Below, in pieces: positions 10,809 through 21,168 of a stretch of 23,695 nucleotides of DNA. A model generated the notes under the pieces. The model was not told where the DNA came from and searched no databases. It worked only from the letters and a program-made list of their open reading frames with translations. Source of the DNA: Fonticula alba ATCC 38817 (taxonomy: Eukaryota > Protista > Nucleariida); assembly GCA_000388065.2 (NCBI GenBank), contig KB932202.1, one strand, 5' to 3'. The position numbers and the translations under genes were made by a program. How positions within the stretch are numbered: the stretch's first letter is position 1; each line of letters opens with the position of its first letter.

Positions 10809-12020
10809 CAGGTCTGCACGCACGCCAAGACGGCCCGGGGCTCGCTCCCCCCCCCCGGCATGCTCGTCGACCCCGCGGGCGGAGCGGCGGAGACCGCACC
10901 CCAGAAGGCCGCCGGGCCCGGTTCGCGTGGGCACGCCTGGCCGACCCCGCACGGGCGCAGTTCTCGCGCACTTGGCTCGGGGAATCTGGAAGACCCCCGC
11001 GCCCTGGAGAATGGGAAGCATCCAGCCTAGGGTTGCTTGCGCGGCACTCCCCGAAGGACCAATAACCTATCAGCAGAATGGTGCTTGCATGTGCCCGAGG
11101 CACGGCAGCCAGGACCCCCACAACCCGGGCTCCCTATCTGACCCCCGGAAGTGGGCGCCGGCGGCAGCTCGAAGACCGCCCCTCGGCCGGTGCCTGGGCC
11201 CGCGCAGCATGGCACAACACCACACGGCCTCCCGCCCCCGGCCCCGGCCCCGCAGTGCCCCGCGCTCGGCACCCCATGGCGCAGCCGCGCGTGCCAGGAC
11301 CCGGAGCAAACTCCGCCCCCTCGCCCGCCAGGTATATCGTCCGCGCGTGCCCATGTGTCGGGACCCCACAGACTCCAGCACTGGTGCCGAACCCGGGTGC
11401 TGCTGCTGTACGCCTGGCGTTCTGGAGAACGTGGCCTCGCCAAGCATCCTCCCCCCCCCCCCCGCCCACGGGGGAGGAAAGCCGCGCAGCCCCGCCGCAC
11501 ACCAGTGACCCCAGCACGCGCGTACATGAGCCCCCCCGCCATGGGTAGGGTCAAGAAGCGCACCACGCCGGCTGCAGCCCCAGCCCAGGCGGGCAAGTGC
11601 CGAGCGGTGGCTCCGCCCCCCCCCCCCCCCCGCCAACCGAGAAGGGCCATTCTGCTTGCTCTGGGAGTGTGCTGGACCTCGGGCGGGGGGCAGAGGGACC
11701 CGGAAAAAAACCATCCATCCCTGAGGTGCCCCACATGCGCCGGACACACCCGGGCCACAGACAAGGACGAAATACATTGCACAAAGTTGGAATTTGAGTG
11801 TTATTAAATCCCCCTTTTCGATCGCATCAGCCGACCGCACGGGCGCCAGGGCGCCCCGCGCCGCACACCGCCCTCCCCTTGCAGCGTGAGGTGGCTCCCC
11901 GGCCCGGCGAGATCGCGACTGTTTTTCCCCTGGTTCCAAGGTCGGGACATTTCGTCCTCCACGGGGGCCAAGAGGACATGAACCCTCCTGGCGCGTTTCT
12001 TGCCCCGCCCGGCCCGGCCC

Positions 12021-12030
12021 NNNNNNNNNN
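12021..12030. other. Assembly gap (10 N) flanked by an identical 34-nt overlap
   Basis: 11987..12020 is identical to 12031..12064. Confidence 0.95.
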
Positions 12031-12699
12031 CCTGGCGCGTTTCTTGCCCCGCCCGGCCCGGCCCAGCCCCTCCCCCCCCCCCCCCACCCCCCCCCCTACT
12101 GGCCCGGTCAGCCTCCGGTACTAATGCCACTGCATCCCTTCCTGGCACATGACCAGACACAATCCTGACCTCCGTAGAATCGTATTCCATGAAATCACGC
12201 CAGATGACCTCTTTTTAATGCATCACCCATCGTTCAGTGGCTGCTTTTTTTCTCCAGCGCCCTTCTCCTCCGATTGTACTGCCCCCCCCACCCCCTCTCC
12301 CCCCCCCCCCCCCCCCCGCCCCCCCCTCTCCCCCCCCTTCCCCCGCCTGGCTTGTTCCTTCCGCCCCAACGAGGCTTGCTCCTGCACGGTGGCCCATCAA
12401 GCAACGCCCTCAAGCGCACAATTGATCCTTCGCGGTTCTTCCTTTTGACGGGTCGGAGGATGGACGGCCCTCCTGCGCCATAATCCTTCCTCAGCCCTGG
12501 GCCCCGCGCCTCGCGCGCTTGCGCAGCCTCTTCTCCTCTTCCTTTATCTCTCCTGTTCCCCCCCCCCCCCCTCCGGTCCTTTTCTTCTCCCCCACTTCCC
12601 TCTTGTATACTCATTCCCCTCGTCCCTCCTCTCCCTCTTCCTCCTGCCATGTACACAGCCCTGCATCAGACGAGTCCCGCCCTGCCCCATATCACCACC

Positions 12700-13010
12700 A
12701 TGACCGACGTTTCCCCCAACCCCGCTTCCAGCTGCCAGCTTCGCTCCGGCGCCTCTCGCGCCAGCGACCCTCGCGCCCGCATCCACGCCTGGCGCCGCGC
12801 CTACTCTCCCGCGAACAACCTTCGCGTACGCAACACTTCATCTCTCCCGCCCTCCCCCCCCCCCCACTACATGGGTGTATGTGTGCCCTTTGCTCAATTC
12901 TAACCGCCCTCTGCCCTTCCCTCAAGCGCTCCCTCCCCGGCCTCGGTCTCGGTTTTGCGATCTTCGCCTCTATCGTTGCCTATGAGGAGATGGGCCACCT
13001 CCGGAAGTGA
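12700..13010 (+). CDS. NDUFB3: NADH:ubiquinone oxidoreductase (complex I) 1 beta subcomplex subunit 3 / B12, 69 aa. Exons 12700..12825 and 12927..13010
   Basis: The spliced product ...DPRARIHAWRRAYSPANNLR|RSLPGLGLGFAIFASIVAYEEMGHLRK fits the B12 pattern DPWxRxEAWR...PGLG...AF...YE. The 101-nt intron has donor GTACGC, branch CTAAC at 12900 and an AAG acceptor. Start context is CACCACCATG. Confidence 0.8.
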
Positions 13011-13559
13011 GCGATCGGACGCTCCTGCCCCCGCTTAATGCCCCCCCCCCCCCCCCTCTCCCACTCACAATCTATCTCCCTCGCCCGCCTCCGCATGCGC
13101 CGGGAGATGCGGGTCTGTCCCTCTCCCCCCTCCCCCCTCCCCCCTATAGAGAGCGCGGCTTGACGGTTTCGGGTTCCCTCTACCCCATCCTGTTTTCCCC
13201 CATCTTCTCCCCCCCCCCCCCCCCCTCGCGCCCCCTCTCCCCTCCATTACAGACACCTCCTTTTCACAGGCTCCCCCTCCCCCCCCCCCTTCCTCACAGC
13301 CGCGTGCGAATGTACACATGCCTCTCCCTTTCCTTTCCGACCCCATCTTCCTTTGCCACATGCTAGTTCTATTTTCTCCAACGTCCTGATGGGGTTTCCG
13401 CCGCCGCCCCCCCTCCCCCCCCCCCGGCTTTTTGAGGGCGGACAGAGGTCCCCACATGTCGAAAAGGGGGGGGGGGGGGGGGACACCAATGGTCGGAGCG
13501 TGTCAAAGTGACCCTCTGCTGTGTTGTTCTTGCTCTCTTGCTCTCTTTCTCTCCTTGCC

Positions 13560-16068
13560 TTAGGCGGCTGCTGGCCGAAGCAGGAGACTCACCGGCCAGA
13601 GGACTGGTGGCCGCTCAATCGTGGCCATCCGGGTGATGGCTTCCCCCTCCGGTGCTCTTCCGTCGTCTGTCGAAGCTACTGCAGTTCCGGCGCCGATGGG
13701 CTCCCCAGCCCGGGCCGCGGTCGCGACCCCAGCCACGGGACAGCTGCATTGGGCATCTCGCGGTCCCCAGGTTCTGCCTGGCTCCCAGCGTTCCACCGGT
13801 GTATCCCCCCCCGAGCGACAGTCGATGCACCGTTCAACATCCAGGCACAGGAGGCCGATGTCCGCCTCACACACGTCATCTGCTTGCGAATGTTCGGGCA
13901 TCTCATCGCCACCACGGCCCTGGTCGGTCAGCGATCGATCCCCCTGCACCGGAATGGGGCGCTCGCCTGGGGCTGGTTCGCCCGGTCCCCCACCCGCCCG
14001 ATGATAATTTCCCCGCACACCCATATTGTCTCCGGGAGTTAGAGAATGCGCCAAAGGGCGAAAGGCGCAGCAGGCATGGTCATCAAGGTAGGAGATGTGC
14101 GTGCCCTTCCCCCCCCTGCTACCCCCCCTCCGGAAGGCGGGCCCTATGCTTGCCAGGATGTATCGCAGCATACCTTTACCCTCGGTCTTGCTGGCAGTTG
14201 CCCGCCACCGAGCAATTGCCACCAGGCCGATGATCGCGCCAAGCAGGGTGGCTGCGCAGCCGATCCCCACCGAGGCCAGGACCACCGGGGTCGAAGCCAC
14301 ACTACTGGCCACTTGCTGATGCTCCCACTGGCGGCGGGGCTGGGCGGTATGCTGCCCATGTTGACGAGCCGAACCCACCGGGCTCCAAATGGGGTTCCGG
14401 GTCCGGCCTGCCTGGCGTGGCTCCGGCCGGGTTGCCCCCTCGGCCTCCTTCAAGCGGTCGGTCCGGGACACTGGCAGCCAGGCATCCTCCTCGATCAGCT
14501 CGGTGAGAGGCGGGAGGGCCATGCGACGAACGGGGGTCCCTGGCCCGAGGCGCACATCGGCCGGGCCATCCCCCTCGCTGGCCGGTCCCTCCCGCATCCG
14601 AAAGGCAATTGACACTCCACGGCTGAGCTTCCCCCCGGTAAGGCGGTTGGCATCCTGGAAGTGCTTGGCATCGCGCCAGGGATGCACCTCGCCGAAGGCA
14701 TCCTCCAGGTCAAGCTCGAAGGCAATGTCCCGCCGGCGGCGGTCGCTGCTCTCGGTGTCCTGCCAGTTGGCAGCCACCCCGGCGACCGTGCCCCAGCCCC
14801 CGGGGGTGTCACCGCCGCGCAGGGGCTCACTACTGCCACCAAGAGCGATGGCCTCCGTGGTGGGAGACGATGTTGCTGCGGTTGGCCCCCACAACGCAGC
14901 CAGGATGGCCACGCCGCCGGCTGCCAGCAGGGTCAGGAGAATCCCCTGCACGGCCAATGCCAAAACCAGGCGTTGATGCAGGCGGGCCCGGTAGACCACG
15001 CTCCGAGATCGCGCAGCAACCAATGCCTCGCGGCGGGTCGTCTGCGCGGCCCGCACAGCCGCCACCAGCACCACCAGGACACTCAGTGGGAAGGGCAGAG
15101 CCGCGGCCAGGAAAAGCCCCCACCTTCGAGCAAAGCATCACACACATTGGGAAAGGACGCAGGGTCGCGCGCGCGCACATGGCATGTCAGCTTATGGAGC
15201 CCCGCATGTGCGTCGCCCGTTTGGGGTGGTCACTGTTCCTTGCGCCTCCCCCCCCCCCCCCCCCCCCCCGCCTCTCTGTTTCTTTCTTTCTCCCTCTCGC
15301 TTGCGGAATGGCCCGCAAAGTGTCCGTACTCGTCTGCATCCACTGGCATAAATGTCAGCAGGTTCCCCCAGGGCCGGGACGGCTTGTTTGTGGTGGTCCC
15401 TCGACTGCCGAGTGATTCCCCAGGCGCGGGCAGGGGTGCCGCAGGGTCGGCTATCCGGATGGCCACCGATCCGTCCCCAGCCGTGGCTCGCGGCCGCCAC
15501 TGATAAGACCCTCGCTTTCGACGGGGACTCAACTCGCGCACTGACACATATGGGCTACCTTCTGCATCTGGAATGCCCCTACTCGTGCCCGGAATCGAGG
15601 ATTTAGTTTCTGCCTCCGGTGCCGGTGCCGGTGCCGGCGCCTGACGCCGGGATGGCATCGGGCGAGTGGCGCTGCCAAGGGAGGGCACCGTGCGCGAGGC
15701 TCCCGCGGGGCCCAGGCTTCGATGGCGGGGCATGGATGGCTGCTCGTCGGCCGAGTGTTCCCGCGATGTGACCACCGGCCCGGTGAAGCGGAACTGCGGC
15801 TCCAAGTCCGGGGTCGAGGGGGAGGGGCGCCGGTGCTGATGGAGCCCCGGAGACCGCTCAGCCGATGCGGGCGACGCCGCCGGCAGGAGAACCATCCGCC
15901 GAGAGGCCCGCGCCATGGTGGCGTCGTCCGGCGAGTCGGCATCACTCTCGGCGGCCGAGACCGCTGCCGGCTCCTGCACCTGTGCTGCCGCTTCCTCGAC
16001 CGCCGCCGGTGCCGGTGCCGGTGCCGGTGCCGGTGCCGCTGTCGTCGCCTCCGCCTCCGCCTCCACCT

Positions 16069-16144
<76 letters not shown>

Positions 16145-16198
16145 TGCCACCGAAGAGGAACTTGTGCCATGAGAGCAGGGAGGAAAGAAGGTTGGCAT
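13560..16198 (-). CDS. Orphan protein with three hydrophobic helices and a poly-Ala/(AP)n N-terminus, about 762 aa. Exons 16198..15330, 15123..14174 and 14029..13560; start and last intron uncertain
   Basis: A phase-2 intron 15329..15124 (GTACGG...GCTGAC...AAG) joins ORF 15230..16246 to ORF 13560..15074 in frame (DADE|WGLFLAAALPFPL). A probable in-frame intron starts at 14173 (GTATGC, branch CTAAC near 14040). Three hydrophobic segments: WGLFLAAALPFPLSVLVVLVAAV, LVLALAVQGILLTLLAAGGVAILAALW, VVLASVGIGCAATLLGAIIGLVAIA. Confidence 0.6.
16071..16142. repeat. Trinucleotide repeat (GCC)24, with adjacent (GCCGGT)n hexamers
   Basis: Read directly; corresponds to the 24-Ala run in the minus-strand ORF. 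Confidence 0.92.
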
Positions 16199-17038
16199 TT
16201 TTCCCGGCGGACCCGCTGTGTTAGTGAAGGAACCAGGTGCACGCATGCGCGCATGGGCGTGGGTGAGTGGACGGCTTTTAGCGGGACCGGCGATCCCTCA
16301 CATTTTGCTTTGTGTGTGTGTGTGTGTGTGTGTGTGTTTGTGTGGAAATACACCCCCCCCCCCTCTCTGTCGCTTGGGCTTGGGGCAGTCACATTTCGCG
16401 AGCGGGAAAGCAGCTTGCGTGCATGCACACATGCGTGCGCATGTGCCTGCGTGTGTGATCGCATGTGCAGCATGTACTTGTCCTTGTAGACAGGGGGATA
16501 CATGTATGGAGGAAGGTGTGTGCTTGTGCGCTGATGTGCATGTACCTTGGCTGCGACGAGGGTCCAGCTCCCGAGGGAAGGGATTCTACGGCGAGGCGGC
16601 GCCCCGCTCGGGGCAGGTCGCAAGCTCCGAAGTGCGACCGGCCCGGCCGAGAATCCACCTCACCGTGCGGCCGAGAAGCAGCACAGCCAAGAGGAGGGTG
16701 CCCCTCCGGGCCAGCACGTCGGGCCTTGCGTCTGAGCGATTTCGTGCGCATGAGGGTGAGATGTTCAATCGGCGTGGATGCTTTTGGTGGGCACGCATGT
16801 GCCGTGGCGATGTTTTTTTTTTGTTTTTTTTTTTTGGTGATGCGGAGTTAGATTCGGGCACTCGGGTGCCACACCAGCGCGTTGCACACGCCTGCCTGCC
16901 TACATCCGTTCTCTTCCTCCCTCTTCCTCTCTTCCTCTCACCGCTTCTATCTATCTTCCCTCCCCCTATCCGATTCGTTTCATCTCTGCTCGCGTCGTAT
17001 GACAACCTACGCCCTCCTCCTGCGCACGGGGGCCTTCC

Positions 17039-19362
17039 TCATGAGGCCGGATATCCTCCTTCACGGGCGTAAGTACCTTTGTCCTCGAGATCTTCGGCGT
17101 CCAGGATCGTGAGCGGGATCATGGCGCCCAGAAAAAATGCATCCTCCTCCAGGGGTGCCGGCTGGCCGGCTGTGGCACCGGAATGCGGCACGCCCGACCC
17201 ATTCGCCAGATGCTGGGGTGCCCGACGCCCCGGGTCGTTGGATGGTGCATCGGCAGCAGATGGGCCGTTTCGCTTGCTCAGGCTCGATGACCGAGACAGC
17301 GAGTGGATCTTGGACTTGCTGGCAGATGACTGGGTGCCAAGCAGACGCGAGGCCGACTTGCCCGGATTTGGCCCGTCCGATTTGGGAATCGAGCCAACAG
17401 CGAGTCCGGATGCCCCGCCATTGGAGCCGAGGATGAGCGGCTTGAGGCCATGTACGGGCCGAAGGGCGGTCGACGAACAGCCCACGGACCCGACGCCGAG
17501 AGGCGCTCGATCAGGCCGGTGTACCAGCCGCAAGAGCTCCCCGCTGGAGTTTTCGCGCTCACAAAGCCGCTGGGAGCAGCAAGGCCCCGTTGCGTGGACC
17601 TCCACCAGATCCTCATTGATGTAAGGCTGGGCGGCCGGCGCATCGAGATCCCGAATGGAGGGAATCAGGAAGGCGGCGCTGGCGGCGGCAGGGGCCCTGT
17701 CAGGGCGGCCGCCGGTCCCACCGGCTCCGGTGGCGCTGTCAGCCCGGGCTCCCGGGACCTGAAGCAGCCCGGAAAATAGGCTGCCTGGATCGAGCCGCCC
17801 ACCAAAACCACGGGCTTCCGGCTCACACAGGCCATTGCACCAGCAGGGCATCGACTCCCCATACTTGAGCCCGCGCGAGCCATCCTCGCCGATGTTCACG
17901 AAATACCCAAACTGCGGGCCAATGTCCGACTGGGTCAGATCATAGCGCGACGGGTCGATTTCCGGCGGAGATCCGGACACCGGCGCATGGGCGCCCTCCC
18001 AAGACTCGCGAAGGACTTCCCGAAGGCGGGCATTCGTGTGGGATACCCGTCGGGAGGCGGGGCGGGGGGGGGGGGCGGGGACAACCAAAAATGTCAAAGT
18101 GTCAGGCATCCAGATGGATTCAAATGGAGGCCATTGCCTCGAAAGGCTTCCCCTGCCGAGAGGGAGAAGGAGCGTAGAGCTGGCCGCGAAGAGGAAAAAA
18201 AGGAGAGACAAAAACCCGGCTCCCGCACCATCCATCTCGGCTCCATCATGCCCCTGATCGGCATTTTCGCTCTCCCGAAAAGGCCAGATTGTGTTCTTCC
18301 ACCAGTTGAGCCCGGTCGAGCCGCGCTGAGTTTGGGCAGGCACCGCGGCAGCCCCGGATGCACCTTCACCTCGCAGGGGCTGAGACCGCCGCGCGACCGC
18401 CCAGTGGTGATTGGTCGAGGCCATCATGCGTCAGTGTCTTTGGGCGGGACGAAGAGGGGGCGATGAGCCCAAGGGCCAGAGCCAAAGGTGTGGCGTACAT
18501 TAGGCGGGTTGTCCCTACGCGGCGCAGCCGCGGGACCCTGTCGGGAGCCAACCGCCCCGCCGTTGAGGAAGTATCCGGGCTTTGTGACAATGCGCGAGGG
18601 GGGAGCCCGGGTTCGGACAATGCGCTTGCGCTTCTCGCGGATAATGAGGCTCACCTCGTCGGTGGGGTCTGCCGGCTCCGAGGGGAAGGGGTCCACCAGG
18701 CGACGATAGTCTCCCAATGGCAACTTGGCAGTGTCATACCGGCCACCGGGAGCAGCACGTAGGCGCCGGGCACCATTCGGAGCCGGGTCCGGGACTTCCG
18801 GCTCGAAGTCTTCCGGTGAGGAGGTCGGCGAATGTCTTGTCAGTAGAGGCGAGCAGCCGGCCTGGGACTCGCTTTCGTGGACACTCTCGCCGTCGGTGGT
18901 CATTGACACGTTGTTGAGCGAGGCCGCCGAATCGGTCATGTTGGCGTGTGTGGCTCCAGCCACGACGGGCGACCCTGTCACCGAGTAATTGGGCGTGGAT
19001 ATGTCCTGCTCGCCCGAAAGGGGCAGAGTATTGACCGATTGGGTCTCCGGGGTGGAGGAGCGCGACGCCGCCAAAGGGGCCGGACTTCCGGAAGTAGCGG
19101 GTTGGCCATGGGCCGCGGCTGCGGCCGCCTGGCGCACGGCATCTTTGGCCATGGCGGTGGCCTTGGTCAAAGGGTGGACTGTGAGTTTGGTGCTGGGGGG
19201 GGGGGGCTACTAAGCCCGGATGTTGCATCCGGCTCGTGAAGGGAATGCCGCACGCACACTTTGCCGACATGCCTCGGACGTTGCCGGACTGGCGACATGG
19301 GCATCCGGCGGGGACGTCCGCCGGTTGGTGGCGTTCCCCTCCTCAGTCAGAATGGCAGTCAT
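17039..19362 (-). CDS. Orphan Ser/Pro/Gly-rich protein with two Cys clusters, about 636 aa. Exons 19362..19260, 19178..18499, 18379..18229 and 18015..17039; start uncertain
   Basis: ORFs 18424..19170 and 17039..18427 are joined by a phase-0 intron 18498..18380 (GTACGC...CTGAC...CAG). An in-frame pyrimidine-rich intron lies at 18228..18016. An upstream 81-nt intron at 19259..19179 removes an in-frame TAG. Summed CDS is 1911 nt, divisible by 3. Confidence 0.6.
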
Positions 19363-20499
19363 GTTGAGCAGCAGGTGAGCCTCCTCCTGCAGCGGTTGGA
19401 CAGATGGACTTCAAGGTTGATGAGATGTGTTTGACATCCGGGGAAGACCGTGTGGCGTCAAGACAAGCTGCAATGCAAAGAAACAAGCAGACGTCAAGCT
19501 GTATGCGATGGAGGGCAAGACTGCGCGCGTGCGCGCGTGTGTATGTGTGTGTGTATGAATATGCCTCGAAGCGCCGGTCCCCGACAAACAATGGCCGGAT
19601 AAGGCAACAACCAGCGACGAGCGCGAGCGAAGTGTTGCTCGGGAACACAGCAAAAGGGTAAATGCGAGGAGTGCAAGACAGGGGTCGGTACTGGGGGCAG
19701 CAGGAGTGGGCAGGATGCATTTCGATGGCTGAAAAGTAGTTGCTGTGGAAGTCTTTTCCCCCTACCGTCAATTGCCGCCGGGAGAGGAGCATTGCCAGGC
19801 GGTTGCCATGGACTCGAAGCGCAAGGAATCCACCAACGGCACATCATCGAGGATCCTTGCTCCACCTTGTGGCCCACATATCGACACCCCCCGCCCCGCA
19901 CCGGAATCATGCTGGCGGAATCCCCTTTGTCACTCTTTGAGGGAGTTCGAGGAGTGGGCTACCTGCTCCCGGACGATGGCGTCAGGCCATGCTCACCGTC
20001 CCCCCCCCCCCCCCCCCCCTCCTGTCCGCCTTCGACGCCCCTAGGAACAAGGGTCTTATGTGGGACAAGCTTAGACCCTTGTGCCATGGGGGACAGGGGG
20101 GTGGGGGGTGGGAGTGGGCTGGGGGGCCAGTGGGCGAGGGCCAGGGCTGGAGACCCAGCCAACCACCGGTGTTCTGTGTGCGTGTATTTGTGCCAACTCG
20201 CATCTGAAAGGAGGTGTACACATGTGCGCAAACATCTTTGCAGGCCATGGGCGTGTCACTTGGGCTTGAGGGGGCCCAGACGGGAGAAGGGGGTTCATGA
20301 GGGGCAGCCGGGGGGGGGGGGGGGCAGACTCGTGCAACCGCCCTCTGCCATGTAATAGCAGGGCCTGCTGCGATTATACGCGAGCCAACGCCACACGAAG
20401 ATGCCACATGCGGAACCACACCTGGGGAGGCCGGCAGACCTGTGCGCCTCAGAAGATCCCCTTTCTCCTTTGTGGTGCTCCCTTCGTTGCTCGCGAATC

Positions 20500-20500
<1 letters not shown>

Positions 20501-20538
<38 letters not shown>
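20501..20538. repeat. C38 homopolymer (longest in window)
   Basis: Read directly; the exact length may be a sequencing estimate. Confidence 0.85.
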
Positions 20539-20540
<2 letters not shown>

Positions 20541-21071
20541 ATCTCTCCTCCCTCCCCCCCCCCTCGGGTGATCCGTAGGCGGGCATTGGATGTGGGGATC
20601 CGCGAGGCGCATGGCCAAACCTGATTGTGGGTGCTGTACGGAGCATGCACCACGCAGTATGAGCTGCCAGCGCATACCCTCAAATGCCAGCCCATAGGTC
20701 GCGAGCACCGATGAGTGCGGCATTACATAACCGGTTACGCCATGAATAGCATCACATGACCACTCCACACAGGGTGATATCATTCATTGTTTGCCCCAGC
20801 CCCTCGGTTCTGGGCGTCTTCGTGCCGGGGGGGGGCGCTGGACGCTTGGCAGCTCTACCAGTCCTAGACCAGGGGCTGACGTGGAAAGCGGGGGGGGGGG
20901 GGGGGGGGGGCCTCATTTGCCATGGTGTGGTTGGCTGACTGCTTGGGGCTGCCCGAGCCCCCTCCCTCCTGCCCTGAGGCTGCCTTTGCCCTTTTGCCTC
21001 TGCCGGTTCTCGTGTGATCGGAGATAGGGAAACAGATGCGCACATGTTGGTGGATGTGGTTGTTGTTTTTT

Positions 21072-21077
21072 TTTAAT
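21072..21077 (-). promoter_or_regulatory. Candidate polyadenylation signal ATTAAA for the OST3/MAGT1 gene
   Basis: ATTAAAAAAAAA on the minus strand about 90 nt after the TGA. Confidence 0.35.
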
Positions 21078-21168
21078 GGAAGAGAGGGACGGTGCCCCAA
21101 GTACAAAGAGGAGAACAGCTGCAGTGGCTGCAGTTGTGTCATGCCCTTTCTTTGCAACTTCCTCCCGG

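Noticed and set aside
10130-11940. Many overlapping 100-310 aa ORFs on both strands between PABP and NDUFB3
   Set aside because: Arg/Gly/Pro-rich, no codon bias or motifs, and no consistent splice chain; expected in GC-rich DNA. A cryptic gene cannot be fully excluded.
11987-12064. 34-nt direct repeat around 10 Ns (possible target-site duplication)
   Set aside because: Typical unmerged contig overlap; assembly artefact.
15529-16623. Poly-Arg ORF and antisense poly-Pro/poly-Arg ORFs
   Set aside because: Alternative frames of the (GCC)n and (GCCGGT)n repeats.
16546-17076. Extension of the Cys-rich gene through a GTACTT donor to an exon near 16731..16586
   Set aside because: The donor lacks the +5 G seen in all anchored donors, the intervening sequence is purine/A-rich, and the frame reaches a natural TGA at 17039.
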